From Planctomycetota bacterium (GTDB lineage Bacteria; Planctomycetota; B15-G4): a stretch of DNA of 64,000 nucleotides. Shown piece by piece: positions 1-18,217 of this stretch. The position numbers and the translations under genes are program-made. Location: the NCBI GenBank assembly GCA_038212275.1, contig JBBQUR010000002.1, positions 192,001-256,000 of the forward strand, in the 5' to 3' direction. The notes below the pieces were generated by a model. The model ran no database searches. It saw nothing but the letters and a program-made list of their open reading frames with translations, and was not told the DNA's origin. The stretch's first letter is position 1. Each line of letters starts with the position of its first letter.

Positions 1-1
1 C

Positions 2-604
2 TCCGACTCCGAGAACGACCTGCTCTACTACCTGTCGGAGGTCTACCGCGTCCTCGACCGCTATCTGCCCGAGGCTTGCCTCACCTGGGACGGGGTCCCG
101 GAGCTGACCGAGTGGCTGGCCATCGTCATCGGGCAGGTGGACAGCAGCCTCGTGGACGAGTGGGCCGGCCCGCGCGCGGGTGTCGCGGCGCGCGACGCCG
201 ACGCGAAGTCGCCGCTCATCCCGGAAGACGTGACCACGCGCAGCAAGCTCTTCCGCCGCCTCGTGCGGAACGAGGCCTTCGGCTGGGTGCGCGCGCTGGC
301 CGCCGGGGACCCCGAGATGCTGGAGGAGATCGCCAGCGAAGCGTGCCCGCTGGCCCGGCTCACCGCTGCGCGCGCGGCCTACGTCGCGAGCCACGGCGAG
401 ATCCGCCTCGACGCCGCTGCGCGCGGCCCGACGCTTTTCTCCTACGCCGATGACCTCGGCCGCGTCGAGCAGACCATCCTCGATCCCGAGGAAGACCAGG
501 ACTGGGTGTTCGTCGGCCAGGTCGATGCCGCGGCTTCACGCGCGGCGGGCCGCGCCGTCGTGACGCTCACCGGCATCGACTGCCTCGGGGAGCCGGGCGT
601 CTGA
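2..604 (+). CDS. C-terminal part of a DUF3516-domain DEAD/DEAH-box helicase (5' truncated by the window)
   Basis: Frame open from base 2: SDSENDLLYYLSEVYRVL...LTEWLAIVIGQVDSSLVDEW...FRRLVRNEAF...EQTILDPEEDQDW, a pattern I recognise from the DUF3516 C-terminus. Confidence 0.7.
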   Translation, partial: SDSENDLLYYLSEVYRVLDRYLPEACLTWDGVPELTEWLAIVIGQVDSSLVDEWAGPRAGVAARDADAKSPLIPEDVTTRSKLFRRLVRNEAFGWVRALAAGDPEMLEEIASEACPLARLTAARAAYVASHGEIRLDAAARGPTLFSYADDLGRVEQTILDPEEDQDWVFVGQVDAAASRAAGRAVVTLTGIDCLGEPGV

Positions 605-650
605 GGCGCGCCGGCTCAGTCTCCCCGGGAGTCCGCAGCACGCTGGCAGC

Positions 651-1658
651 TCAGCCGCGCCACTCGGGCGAGACGTGCCAGCTGTTCAGCAGCGCCATGT
701 AGTTGCCCCGCTCGTAGTGCGAGGCGTCGGGACAGCGCGCCAGGTTCATGCTGCCGACGAGCTGCTGCATGGACTCGTACTCGTGCTCCTCCAGCCAGGT
801 GCGCAGGCCGTCCAGCACCGTGGTCAGGTGCCCCGGCCCGTGGCGCAGCAGCGCGGAAACGAGCTGCACCGCGTGCGCGCCGGCCATGAGCGCTTTGATC
901 GCGTCGGCCGCCGTGTGCACGCCGCCGCTGCAGCCCAGCGAGAGCGAGGTCGTCGGCGACACGATGGCCAGCCAGCGCAGGCGCAGCGGCAGCTCGCTGC
1001 TGTCCGACAGGTGCAGCGTGCGCTGGAGCTCCAGGTTCTCGAGGTCGATGTCGGGCTGGTAGTAGCGGTTGAAGAGCAGCACGCCGTCCGCGCCCGCGCG
1101 CTGCAGGCGCGAGACGAAGTGCGGCAGCGCCGTGAAGGACGGCGAGAGCTTCACCGCCAGCGGCAGCTGCACGGAGGCACGCACCTCGGCCACGAGTTCC
1201 AGCAGCCGGCGCTCGACGGCGGTCGCGTCCTCGTCGGGGTCGGTCGGCACGTCGTAGAGGTTCAGCTCCAGCGCGGAGGCGCCGGCCTCGGCCATGAGCC
1301 GGGCGTAGGCCGTCCAGCCGCCGGCCGTCGTGCCATTGAGCGACGCGATGACGGGCACCGCGACGGCCGCGCGAAGGCGCCGCACGTGCTCGAGGTAGGT
1401 GTCGGGCCCGAGCGCAAAGACGTCCGTCTCGGGAAACCAGCTCGTGGCCTCGGAGCTCTCCGCGTGGCCGTAGAGGTAGCGCGCCGCGCCCAGCTGCTCC
1501 CCCGTGATCTGCTCCTCGAAGAGCGAACGCATGACGATGGCGGACGCGCCGGCGTCCTCGAGACGCCGGACCGCGTCCAGGTCATCGGCCATCGGCGACG
1601 CACCCGGCATGAGCGGATGGGCCAGGTCGAGCCCGAGGTAGGTCGTGCGCAGGTCCAT
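651..1658 (-). CDS. Dihydroorotate dehydrogenase-like FMN protein (PFOR-associated type)
   Basis: MDLRTTYLGLDLAHPLMPGASP, SLFEEQI, LELNLY, VKLSP, LFNRYYQPDID, SGGVH, MAGAHAVQLVS; directly downstream of PFOR. Confidence 0.88.
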   Translation of the reverse strand: MDLRTTYLGLDLAHPLMPGASPMADDLDAVRRLEDAGASAIVMRSLFEEQITGEQLGAARYLYGHAESSEATSWFPETDVFALGPDTYLEHVRRLRAAVAVPVIASLNGTTAGGWTAYARLMAEAGASALELNLYDVPTDPDEDATAVERRLLELVAEVRASVQLPLAVKLSPSFTALPHFVSRLQRAGADGVLLFNRYYQPDIDLENLELQRTLHLSDSSELPLRLRWLAIVSPTTSLSLGCSGGVHTAADAIKALMAGAHAVQLVSALLRHGPGHLTTVLDGLRTWLEEHEYESMQQLVGSMNLARCPDASHYERGNYMALLNSWHVSPEWRG

Positions 1659-1661
1659 GGG

Positions 1662-5408
<3,747 letters not shown>

Positions 5409-5445
5409 GCACACGATGCTAGTCCTGCGGCGCGCAAAGCAGGAG

Positions 5446-5460
5446 GCGAGCTGCATGCCG
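5446..5460 (-). promoter_or_regulatory. Possible sigma-54 -24/-12 promoter upstream of nifJ (weak match)
   Basis: Minus strand CGGCATGCAGCTCGC = GG-N10-GC, about 38 nt before the ATG; the -12 element is TCGC rather than TTGC. Confidence 0.3.
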
Positions 5461-5529
5461 CGCGCTGAAATACTTGCGCCCCGCATGGGTGATACTTCGC
5501 GGAGGCCTGCGTGATTCTCCGCCCCTGTG

Positions 5530-6108
5530 TCAGGCGCGGCCGTTGCGCTCGGTGCGGGCCTGCGGCAGGACGCGCGCGGCCAGCAGCGTGAGCAGCGGCA
5601 TCGCGACGGCCCACTCGACCGCGACGGCACCGAGGGAGACGGTCGTGTCGCCACCGAGCGAGAGCGCACCGAGACGCGCACCGGCCGCGTACGACAGCGG
5701 GCCGCCCAGCGCGCCGAACAGCGCCGCGAGCAGCGGCCGGCCGAGCAACCAGCGCAGCGACGCATGGAGCGTGCACGCGAGATTCACCCACAGCGCAACC
5801 ATCCACGCGGGGGACAGCGCGGCACCGGCGGCTTCTCCTGTGCTGCCGGCGCTGGCACTCGAGAGCGCTCCGAAGCTCAGCCAGCCGAAGTGCGCCAGGA
5901 GCGAGTCGCACATCAGGCCGGCTGCGGCCGCGGCGATCAGCAGCAGAGCATGTCGGCGCGGATCAGCCGAACCCCGCAGCGTCAGCAGCGCGATGCCGCC
6001 CACCAGCAGCACGCCGGTGAGCGGCCGTCCCTCTGCCGCACCGAGCACGCACGCGAACCAGCCGAGCTGGAACAGCAGTGCGTTGCCGATCAGCCCTGCG
6101 CGCGTCAT
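5530..6108 (-). CDS. DUF2878-family membrane protein
   Basis: MTRAGLIGNALLFQLGWFACVLG...PAWMVALWVN...GALGGPLSYAAGARLGA; ATGA overlap with the upstream stop. Confidence 0.8.
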   Translation of the reverse strand: MTRAGLIGNALLFQLGWFACVLGAAEGRPLTGVLLVGGIALLTLRGSADPRRHALLLIAAAAAGLMCDSLLAHFGWLSFGALSSASAGSTGEAAGAALSPAWMVALWVNLACTLHASLRWLLGRPLLAALFGALGGPLSYAAGARLGALSLGGDTTVSLGAVAVEWAVAMPLLTLLAARVLPQARTERNGRA

Positions 6109-7466
6109 GCGTTGGCGCGCGCAGGCCCGTTGCCGCGCGGGAGCCTCCCCACCGCGGCGCCGCGGCCGCCGTGTCCGGCCCGTCGCGCACGCGGCTTGGC
6201 AAAGAGCATGTGCACGTCGCCGAGCACTCCCTCCGCGAAGCCGCCCTCGCAGTAGGCGAAGTAGAACTTCCACAGGCGCTGGAAGCGCGCGTCGTAGCCC
6301 AGCGCCTCGGCCTCGGCGCCGCGCGCGAGCAGCGCCTCCCTCCAGCGCCGCAGCGTGGTGGCGTAGTGCGGACCGATGTCGGTCATGTCGGCCAGGACCA
6401 TGTCCGTGGCGCGCCTGGCGGAAGCCGCCAGCTCCGAGACGCACGGGATGAAGCTGCCCGGGAAGATGTGCCGCCTGATGAAGTCCGTCTCGCGCCGCGC
6501 GCGATCGTAGAGCTGGTCGGCGATGGTGATCGCCTGCAGGAGCATCGAGCCGTCGTCCGCGAGCAGGCGGCTGCACTGGCCGAAGAAGGTGTCGAGATGC
6601 TCGTGGCCGACGGCCTCGACCATCTCGATGGAGACGAGGCGGTCGTAGCTGCCGGTCAGGTCGCGGTAATCGGCGAGCAGCACGTCCACGCGCTGCGACA
6701 GGCCGGCCTCCGCGATGCGGGCCGTGGCGAGCGCGTGCTGTTCGCGCGAGATGGTGGTCGTGGTGACGTGGCAGCCGTGCCGACCGGCGGCGTGCAGCGC
6801 GAAGCCACCCCATCCGGTGCCGATCTCCAGCACGCGCATCCCGGGGCGCAGGTCCAGCGTCCGGCAGATGCGTTCGAGCTTGTGGCGCTGCGCGTCGGCG
6901 AGCGACTCCTGCCCGTGCTCGAAGAGCGCGCAGGAATACATCCACGTCTCGTCGAGGAACAGGCCGAACCAGTCGTTGCCCAGGTCGTAGTGCGCGGCGA
7001 TGTTGCGGCGGCTGCCGCTGCGCGTGTTGCGACGCAGCGCGGACCACAGCGCGCGCGGCGGAGCGGCGAGGCGCGCCAGCCCGCCCTCCACGCCGTCGAG
7101 CACGGCGCGGTTGGCGACGAAGAGCCGCACGACCGCGACGAGATCGTCCGTGCTCCAGTCGCCGCGCGCGAAGGATTCACCCGCCCCGACGCTGCCCCCG
7201 AAGGCCAGCGCGCGCCAGAACTCCGGATCGCGGATCGTGACGACGGCGTGCGGCGCGTCGTCCGTGCCGGCGGCCGCGGACGCCGAGCCGTGCGCCTCGG
7301 CAGGCGCGGCGCCGAACACGTGCACGCCGCCGCTCTCGCGCAGCACGAGGCTGCCGTGGCGCAGCGATGCAAGTCGTCCGAGCACGGCACGCCGCAGCAG
7401 ACGCTGCCACGGCGTCGCGTGGCGCAAGGAAAGGGCGCTGGCAGTCGGCGAAGCTTGCGGAGTCAT
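6105..7466 (-). CDS. cfa: Cyclopropane-fatty-acyl-phospholipid synthase family SAM methyltransferase (UfaM-like)
   Basis: NIAAHYDLGN, MYSCALF, VLEIGTGWGG, SIEMVEAVG, FIRRHIFPG, WKFYFAYCEGGF. Confidence 0.9.
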   Translation of the reverse strand: MTPQASPTASALSLRHATPWQRLLRRAVLGRLASLRHGSLVLRESGGVHVFGAAPAEAHGSASAAAGTDDAPHAVVTIRDPEFWRALAFGGSVGAGESFARGDWSTDDLVAVVRLFVANRAVLDGVEGGLARLAAPPRALWSALRRNTRSGSRRNIAAHYDLGNDWFGLFLDETWMYSCALFEHGQESLADAQRHKLERICRTLDLRPGMRVLEIGTGWGGFALHAAGRHGCHVTTTTISREQHALATARIAEAGLSQRVDVLLADYRDLTGSYDRLVSIEMVEAVGHEHLDTFFGQCSRLLADDGSMLLQAITIADQLYDRARRETDFIRRHIFPGSFIPCVSELAASARRATDMVLADMTDIGPHYATTLRRWREALLARGAEAEALGYDARFQRLWKFYFAYCEGGFAEGVLGDVHMLFAKPRARRAGHGGRGAAVGRLPRGNGPARANA

Positions 7467-8527
7467 CGGGAGGATCTCTCCTGTCCGGGGCGTGAGGCGG
7501 GGCCCTCTCCCGGGCCCTCTCCCGGGCCCTCGCCCGGGCGCGGCCCGGTGTGCGGGTAAAAGGGCGTGCGGCGCAGGCGCAGCAGCAGCGCCTGCCAGTA
7601 GATGGCCAGGTGCACCTTGCCGGTCATGAAGGGGTGGCGCAGCAGGGCGCGCGCCAGCTGGCCGCCGTCGAGCGGATGGCGCTGGAGTTGCAGCGTCGCA
7701 TCAAGGACCACGGAGCCGCCGCGCGCGACGTCCATGTGCACGAGCAGGTGCTCGCCGGGTGCGCCGAAGCGCCAGTCGTAGTCCATGTCCAGCGGCAGGA
7801 AGGGCGAGACGTGGAAGCGCTTGGCGAAGCGGAAGCGCAGCGTGCGCGGAGCGCCGCGCTGCGTCGGGGACTCCGATGCGTAGAGCGTCGCACGCCGCGC
7901 ACCGGAGGGTGGCTCCGCGTCGCGTGCCGCGTCGAGCACGTAGACGTGGCGCTCGCTCCAGGGCGTGTTGGTGATTTCCGCGACGACGGCGGTCAGCGTC
8001 GTGCCGTCCGCATCGAAGCAGTAGTAGAAGCTCACCGGATTGAAGCAGTAGCCGAGGCACGCGAGGTTCGTGAGCAAGCGGATGGGGCCGTCCGGGCGGC
8101 GCCCCGTGGCGGCCTCCACGCGGTCGCGCACCGCGGTGTCCAGCGGCACGTCCACCGGCCCCAGGTAGTCCGCCCGCCGGAAGCGCACCAGCGCCACGCG
8201 CTCCGCCGACCAGAACAGCCGGCCCGAGAGCGCCGCGGGCAGTTCCGCCAGGTCGAGGTAGAGCATGAAGACGCGGTAGGTGAAAGCGCGCGCCCGCGGC
8301 AGGAAGCGTCGATGCCGCACCCAACCGGAATACAGCGCGCTCTGCCGCGCGCCGGGCGCGGCCTGCGCGCTCTGCGCGCTCTGCGTGCTCTGCGTGCTCT
8401 GCGTGCTCTGCGTGCTCTGCGCGCTCTGCGCGCTCTGCGTGGCCGGTATTCCCGGCCTGCGGGCCGTCGCGCCTGCCGGGTCCGGCGCAACCGACGCGCC
8501 CGTCGTCGCGGAGACGGGCGTGTTCAT
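7463..8527 (-). CDS. DUF1365-family protein (UfaO-like)
   Basis: LYSGWVRHRR, GYCFNPVSFYYC, VAEITNTPWSERHVY, KRFHVSPF, IYWQALLL; ATG at 8527 overlaps the upstream stop. Confidence 0.85.
   Translation of the reverse strand: MNTPVSATTGASVAPDPAGATARRPGIPATQSAQSAQSTQSTQSTQSTQSAQSAQAAPGARQSALYSGWVRHRRFLPRARAFTYRVFMLYLDLAELPAALSGRLFWSAERVALVRFRRADYLGPVDVPLDTAVRDRVEAATGRRPDGPIRLLTNLACLGYCFNPVSFYYCFDADGTTLTAVVAEITNTPWSERHVYVLDAARDAEPPSGARRATLYASESPTQRGAPRTLRFRFAKRFHVSPFLPLDMDYDWRFGAPGEHLLVHMDVARGGSVVLDATLQLQRHPLDGGQLARALLRHPFMTGKVHLAIYWQALLLRLRRTPFYPHTGPRPGEGPGEGPGEGPASRPGQERSSR
8363..8441. repeat. 9-bp tandem repeat (CTGCGYGCT, about 9 copies) encoding (T/A)QS in the DUF1365 N-terminus
   Basis: Read directly from the sequence. 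Confidence 0.9.
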
Positions 8528-9782
8528 GGCGCCACTCCGAAGGCGCGGCCGACGACGAGCGCGCTCTTCACGCCGTCCTCGTGGAAGCCCCAGCCCCAGT
8601 AGGCGCCGCAGTAATGCGTGCGCCGCACGCCGGAGATCTCCGCGTGCCGGCGCTGCGCCGCGACGGCGGTCTCGCTGAACACGGGGTGGTGATAAGTGAG
8701 GCGCCGCACCACGCTTGCGGGCTCGATCACGTCGCTGCGATTGAGCGTGACGCAGTACGCCTGCTCCGTGTCGAGGCCCTGCAGCCGGTTCATCCAGTAG
8801 GTGACGGCGGGGCGACCCGATGCGCCGGCGGGCAAGTGATAGTTCCAGCTGGCGCGCGCGGCCGGCACGGTCGGCAGCAGGCGCGCGTCGCGGTGCAGCA
8901 CCGTGTCGTTCTCCTGCCAGCCGAAGGCGGAGAGCACCGCGCGCTCCTCGGGACTGGCGTCGTCGAGCATGCCGAGCGCATCGTTCGCGTGGCACGCGAG
9001 AATGACGTGGTCGAAGCGCTCCGTGGCGCCGCGCGCCGTCACCTCGACGTGCCCGGCACGTCGTGCGATGGACGTGACCGGCGTGTTCAGGCGGATCGAC
9101 TCGCGCCAGCCTGCGGTCAGCGCTTCGACGTAGCGCGCGCTGCCACCGCGGATCACCAGCCACTGCGGGCGGTCGTCCACGCTGAGCATGCCGTGATTGT
9201 CGAGGAAGCGGAACAGCCAGCGCGCCGGCACGTCGAGCATGCGCCGCGGGTCGCTGGACCAGATCGCGGCGGACATCGGCAGCAGGTAGTGCTCGCGGAA
9301 GCCGCGCGACCAGCCATGCGCTTCGACAAAGGTGCCAAGCGTCGGGCCGGGATCCGCGGGCTCGCTCGCCACGGCGAGCAGCGCGCGCGCTTCGCGGTGA
9401 AAGCGCAGGATGTCGGCCACCATGCGGTGAAAGCCCGGTCTCAGCAGATTGCGGCGCTGGCAGTAGAGCGTGTTGAGTGACGTGCCGCAGTACTGCAGAC
9501 CGGTGCCCTCGTCATGCACCGAGAAACTCATGTCGCTGTCCTGCCACGCGACGCCCAGCCGGCGCAGCAGCGCACAGAACTCCGGGTAGGTGCGCTCGTT
9601 GAACACGATGAAGCCCGTGTCCACGGCGAGGTCCGCGCCGGAGCGTCCCGCGCCGGGCAGCGCGTGCGTGTGCGTGTGACCGCCGACATGATCGCCGCCC
9701 TCGAACACGACCAGCTCGTGCTCGCGGTGCAGCAGAAAGGCCGCGGTCATGCCGGCGATGCCGGTCCCGACGATCGCGATCC

Positions 9783-9786
<4 letters not shown>
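8524..9786 (-). CDS. FAD-dependent oxidoreductase, amine-oxidase-like (UfaD-like)
   Basis: MRIAIVGTGIAG Rossmann motif, GGHTHT, VDTGFIVFNERTYP, ASWNY, TYWMNRLQ, GAYWGWGFHEDG. Confidence 0.9.
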
Positions 9787-10777
<991 letters not shown>

Positions 10778-10781
<4 letters not shown>

Positions 10782-11821
10782 CTCGGCAGCTCGCTGCGTC
10801 GGAATCGATAGTGGGAGACCCACCATTGCTGCCCGCCCTGATATGCGAAGAGCTCGGCGCACGCCATGAAGAACACGCGCCAGCGCTGCAGCCAGCGGCG
10901 GGCGTCTCGCTCGCCGTAGGTGGCCACCAGCACCGGCATCACGGCGGACTTGCGCGCATCGAGCAGCGCGAGCCACGCTTCGGCGGTGCGCGCATAGTGC
11001 GTGCCGTTCACGACCCAGCGCTCCTCGACGACGAGGTCGCGGTCGAAGGCCGTGAGCAGGTCGTGGCTCGGCATCTGCCCGCCGGTGAAGAAGTACCGGC
11101 CCATCCAGTTGTCGTCGCCCTCCGTCTCGAAGGGATAGGCGCAGCTCCTGTGCGCGAAGACGTGCACGAAGAGCCGGCCCTCCGGCGCGAGCCAGCGCGC
11201 GATGCGTGCGAGCAGCAGTTCGTAGTTGCGCATGTGCTCGAACATCTCCACGGAGACCACGCGGTCGAAGCGCTCCGTCGTGTCGAAGACGTTCATGTCC
11301 CTGGTGAGCACGCCGAGGTTGGTCAGGCCGCGCTCGCGGCAGCGGGCCTCGATGTGCGCGCGCTGCGCGGCGGAGTTGGACACGGCAGTGATGCGACTGT
11401 GCGGGTAACGTTCCGCCATCCACAGCGAGAGACTGCCCCAGCCGCAGCCCAGCTCGAGGACGCGCTGGCCGTCGCGCAGCTGCGCGCGCTCGCAGGTCAG
11501 CGCGAGCATCGCGTCCTCGGCCTGAGCCAGCGTGCTGTCGGGGCGCTCGAAGAGGCAGCCGCTGTACTTCAGGCGCGGCCCGAGAACCTGTTCGAAGAAA
11601 GCGGCCGGCACCTCGTAGTGCTGGCGATTGGCGTCCGCCGTGTGCAGCGCGAGGCGGCTCTCGCGCAATTCCTGCATCCACGCCGACAGCCGCGCGGCGC
11701 GCTCCGCCGGACTGCCGCGCTGCTCGTCGGCCAGTCGCCGCGCGAGCAGCCGCCGGATCCCGAGCCGCACGCCCGCATCGGGCAGCAGGCCCTTCTCGAC
11801 GAGTTCCAGCGCGAGGCTCAC
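10778..11821 (-). CDS. Second Cfa-family SAM-dependent methyltransferase
   Basis: GTG start after [60 protein letters not shown]. Confidence 0.88.
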
Positions 11822-12639
11822 GAGTGCGCACCTCCGTGTGCCGGAAGCGTGTCGCGGCGCGGCGGCCGCGGGAAGAAGGCGGACGTCGTGCGCTGGTAGG
11901 CGCGGTAGTCGTCCCCGCGGCTCTTGAGCGCCTGCGCCTCCGTGGGCGGGATGCCCGTCACCTTGAGCACGAGGAAGAGGATGAGTGCCGGCGCGAGCAG
12001 TGTGACCCACCACAACGGCGCGCCCGCAGCCAGCGCGACGTAGCTCCACCAGTGGATCCACTCGAAGAAGTAGTTGGGGTGGCGTGACCACGCCCACATC
12101 CCGCGACGGCAGGTGCGGCCGCGGTTGGCCGGGTCGGCGCGCCAGCGGGAAAGCTGCCTGTCCGCGATCGACTCGCCGCCGACGGCGATGACCCAGAGTG
12201 CGATGCCGGCCATGTCCCAGCCGTCGCCGAAGGGCCGGCCCGCGCCCGCCACGGCGAGAAACGAGAGCGAGAGCATGACGTCGAGCACGCCCTGCACCTG
12301 GAAGAACAGGAAAAGCTTGCCCTGCGCGCTTGCGCCCCACGTCGCTCGCAGCGTCTTGTAGCGGCCCTCTTCCGGCTGGCCCTTGATGCGGTTGAGGAAG
12401 AGGTATGCCGCGAGGCGGAACGACCAGAGGCCGGCGAGCACCGCGAGCAGCACGCGCCGCTCCATCGACCCGCCGCCGAAGTGTGCGTAGAGCAGGGCGA
12501 GGATGCCGAGCCCCGCGGCCCAGCCCACGTCCACGATGCCGGCGTTGCCGGAAGAGCGCTGCCAGCTCCACAGCGCGCCCATGAGGACCATCATGGCAAG
12601 CAGTCCCCAGAGCATGAGCAGCGCGGGATCGGGGAGCAT
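11818..12639 (-). CDS. DUF1295 (steroid 5-alpha reductase-like) membrane protein
   Basis: [62 protein letters not shown]. Confidence 0.87.
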   Translation of the reverse strand: MLPDPALLMLWGLLAMMVLMGALWSWQRSSGNAGIVDVGWAAGLGILALLYAHFGGGSMERRVLLAVLAGLWSFRLAAYLFLNRIKGQPEEGRYKTLRATWGASAQGKLFLFFQVQGVLDVMLSLSFLAVAGAGRPFGDGWDMAGIALWVIAVGGESIADRQLSRWRADPANRGRTCRRGMWAWSRHPNYFFEWIHWWSYVALAAGAPLWWVTLLAPALILFLVLKVTGIPPTEAQALKSRGDDYRAYQRTTSAFFPRPPRRDTLPAHGGAHS

Positions 12640-12998
12640 GCGCGACGGGTTCCGGAGCCGGCGGAGAGAGGCGACGCGGGCGCCTTCATAGCCGCTGCGC
12701 TGCGCGGAGTCCGAGACGATCGCCCCGGATCTTCGAGGCTCTCGTTGACGTGAAGCGTCAGGCGGCATGCGAGCTGGCATGGCATGCCTCCCGCGCAATC
12801 GGCTCTGGCGAAGGAGATTCCGTGCCGCTCACCGCGCGCCGGTTCGGACGCCGGCGACCACCACCGATGCTGCCCCGCCGTCGAGCTGCTTCGCGTCCCG
12901 GCGCGCCGGCAATGGATGGACGTGCGGCGCGGCATCGAGGCTATGTCTGGCGACCACCCGTGCCGCGTCGCGAGCGGCGCGCCCCGTGTCCGGAGTCC

Positions 12999-13601
12999 AT
13001 GCCGATGTGTTCACTCGATGCCCCATCGTCCCGCCTTTCGTTCGTCGGCTGCCGGCGAATCGGAAGCGGCGCCCTCGTCGTCGTGCTGACCGTCATGCTG
13101 GCCGCGATGTCCGGATGCGCGAACACGCCGCAGCACGTCGCCCCGCGCGGCGAGGTCTTTCCAAGCGTCACGGGCACGGCGCTCGACGGAACACGGCGCG
13201 CACTCCCCTCCGACCTTGCCGGCAAGCCGGCGGTGCTGCTCATCGGCTACGAGATGGAATCCCAGTTCGATCTCGATCGCTGGATCCTCGGACTGACGCA
13301 GGCGCAGACGCCGGCGCAGATTCTCGAACTGCCGACGATCGCGGGCATGCTTCCCGGATTGTTCGCGGAGCAGATCGATGGCGGCATGCGCCGCGGCATC
13401 CCGGAGGAGGACTGGGGCGGCGTGCTCACGCTGTACGGCGACGACGCCGCGGCGGTGAAGCGTTTCACGGGCGGTTCGGAAGGGCGCAATGGCCGCATCG
13501 TGCTGCTCGATGCGCAGGGTCGCCTCGTCTGGATGCACGACCGCGGCTACTCGGCGGGCAAGCTGCTCGAACTCGATGCGGCCGTGCGCGCGCTGCGCTG
13601 A
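12999..13601 (+). CDS. Hypothetical lipoprotein, possibly thioredoxin-like fold; start uncertain
   Basis: Hydrophobic stretch plus MSGC; FPSVTGTALDG...LPSDLAGKPAVLLIGY...IVLLDAQGRLVW resembles a redoxin scaffold without CxxC. Confidence 0.55.
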   Translation: MPMCSLDAPSSRLSFVGCRRIGSGALVVVLTVMLAAMSGCANTPQHVAPRGEVFPSVTGTALDGTRRALPSDLAGKPAVLLIGYEMESQFDLDRWILGLTQAQTPAQILELPTIAGMLPGLFAEQIDGGMRRGIPEEDWGGVLTLYGDDAAAVKRFTGGSEGRNGRIVLLDAQGRLVWMHDRGYSAGKLLELDAAVRALR

Positions 13602-13846
13602 CGGGCAGCGGCGTGTAAGACGGCACGCGTGACGTGAGTGCCTCCGGTGAAGGAACGCGCCGGATGGCGTGAAGGCTGCAGCGCGCGGCATGAGCGGCCT
13701 TCGTGCGCAATTCACTTCCGTTTCACGACGCGAACATCAGCGTGCCCGAGAGTCCCGCCTTCTCGTGGTCACGTCGCGTCGGGCGGCGTCCGCGAGGAGT
13801 TCCACACCACGAAGTCACCCACGCCGCACGCGGCGACGAAAGGAAG

Positions 13847-15463
13847 ATGATGATGAAGAGGAAGAGTTTCGCGAAGCCCCTCGGGAAGGCGCTGGCCGTC
13901 GGCGCGCTGCTCGGACTGGCCTCGACCGGCGCCTCGGCGCAGGTTTCGACCGAGCTGCCGATGGTGAACACGAACAGCGCCGCGACCGGCAACGGCTGGA
14001 CGGCCACGCCGATCTTCACGGTCGGCGAGACGATCAACAACTACCAGCCGGTCGGCATCATGGACGGCATCTTCGCGTTCAAGCGCTCGGCCGTCACCGC
14101 GACCGTGCTCGTCAACCACGAACTCGGCAGCACGGCCGGCGTTCCCTACACGCTGAGCAACGGCACGCAGCTCACCGGTGCGCGCATCAGCACCTTCTTC
14201 GTGCGCCGCAACGCCACCACCGCAGGCTCCACCGTCGGCCTGCTGCGCGCCAACCTCGCGTACGACACGGTCTACGACCGCGCCGGCGCCATCGTCACCT
14301 CGGCCGCCCAGATCAACGAGCAGAACCTCGCGCTCAAGGGCTTCGACCGCTTCTGCTCGTCGAACGGCGTCCCGAAGGGCGAGCACGGCTTCGAGAACGA
14401 CATCTACTTCGCGGGCGAGGAGAGCGGCAAGCCCTTCCTCCCGCACGGCGGCACGATGTGGGCGCTCGACGTGAAGCACCAGGAACTCTGGGCCGTTCCG
14501 GCGCTGGGCCGCGGCGCCTGGGAAGGCGCCACCGCGCTGGACACCGGCATCCCGGGCACCATCGCGCTCGCGCTGGGCGACGACACTGAGGGTTCCCCCA
14601 CCTACCTGTACATCGGCCAGAAGGGCGCGGCCGGAGACGGCAGCTTCCTCGACCGCAACGGCCTGAAGGTCGGCCAGCTCTTCGCGTGGAAGGCCGACAA
14701 CGGCGACCTGTCCCCGCAGAGCTTCCACGGCGTGGACTCCTTCCGCAGCGGTTCGTACGTCGCGCTGACGGTGCGTGACACCAACCTCGCGGGGCAGCCC
14801 GGCTACGACGCGTTGGGCTACGCCGACAACGACACGCTTGCGGCGCAGGCCGACGCGCTCGGCTGCTTCTCCTTCAGCCGCCCCGAGGACGTGGACACCA
14901 ACCCGCTCGACGGCAGCCAGTTCGTGTTCGCCTCCACCGGCCGCGGCCAGCTCTTCCCCGCGGACAACTGGGGCACGCTTTACGTGAACGACATCGACTT
15001 CTCGGACCTGAGCGCGGACATCGTGATCATCCACGACGCCGACTTCCTGCCCGTGCCCGACGCCGGCATCCGCAGCCCGGACAACGTCGACTGGGCCGGC
15101 AACGGCAGGATCTACGCGATGGAGGACAAGTCCACGAGCCCCGGCTCGCTCTTCGGCGCGGCCACGGGCATCGAGGCTTCGATCTGGCAGATCGATCCGG
15201 TCACGCGCGTGACCACGCGTGTCGCCGAGATCGACCGCTCGGTCGTCGCTCCGGCCGGCACGACGGATGCCGGCGCAGGCGAAATCGGCAACTGGGAATC
15301 GTCCGGCATCCTCGATGTCACGGACAAGTTCGGCACGCAGCCGGGTGAGCGCCTGCTCATCGGCGTCGTGCAGGCGCACGGCATCAAGGACGGCGTCATC
15401 GGCGGCAGCGCCGGACTGGGCGAAGGCGGCCAGCTGTTCTTCCTGTCGAAGGTCGGCAACTGA
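13847..15463 (+). CDS. Secreted PhoX-like (DUF839) alkaline phosphatase family protein
   Basis: Signal peptide ending ASA-Q; LVNHE, FDRFCS, ALGRGAWE, FSRPED, RSPDNVDW, WESSGI, VQAH. Confidence 0.75.
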   Translation: MMMKRKSFAKPLGKALAVGALLGLASTGASAQVSTELPMVNTNSAATGNGWTATPIFTVGETINNYQPVGIMDGIFAFKRSAVTATVLVNHELGSTAGVPYTLSNGTQLTGARISTFFVRRNATTAGSTVGLLRANLAYDTVYDRAGAIVTSAAQINEQNLALKGFDRFCSSNGVPKGEHGFENDIYFAGEESGKPFLPHGGTMWALDVKHQELWAVPALGRGAWEGATALDTGIPGTIALALGDDTEGSPTYLYIGQKGAAGDGSFLDRNGLKVGQLFAWKADNGDLSPQSFHGVDSFRSGSYVALTVRDTNLAGQPGYDALGYADNDTLAAQADALGCFSFSRPEDVDTNPLDGSQFVFASTGRGQLFPADNWGTLYVNDIDFSDLSADIVIIHDADFLPVPDAGIRSPDNVDWAGNGRIYAMEDKSTSPGSLFGAATGIEASIWQIDPVTRVTTRVAEIDRSVVAPAGTTDAGAGEIGNWESSGILDVTDKFGTQPGERLLIGVVQAHGIKDGVIGGSAGLGEGGQLFFLSKVGN

Positions 15464-15515
15464 TCCACCGAGCAAGGGCGGGCGCACAGGCTCCCGCAAC
15501 ACAAGGGATGTTTCT

Positions 15516-15557
15516 GCGGCGGGCGGTTCCCGGAAGGGAGCCGCCCGCCGCGCTTTT
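15516..15557 (+). terminator. Rho-independent terminator after the PhoX-like gene
   Basis: 16-bp stem GCGGCGGGCGGTTCCC/GGGAGCCGCCCGCCGC (one G-U pair), GGAA loop, then GCTTTT. Confidence 0.7.
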
Positions 15558-15707
15558 CGCACAGGCGAGCTGCGCCATTCGCGACGAGCTCGTCGAGTTC
15601 CCCTGGTGCATGGTCTGCCGAGTGCTGCCCGCGCCCTGTCCCTTCACGGGCTTTCCTGTCACGAGCATCGGGACTCCTGATTGGCGGCCGCCGCATGAGA
15701 AGGCTAG

Positions 15708-18141
<2,434 letters not shown>

Positions 18142-18217
18142 CCGGGCGAGAGAGGAGCCGCGCACCTTCGCGCGACACCGCAGACGCAGCGCGGCACGCG
18201 CCCTGCGGACGACGGCC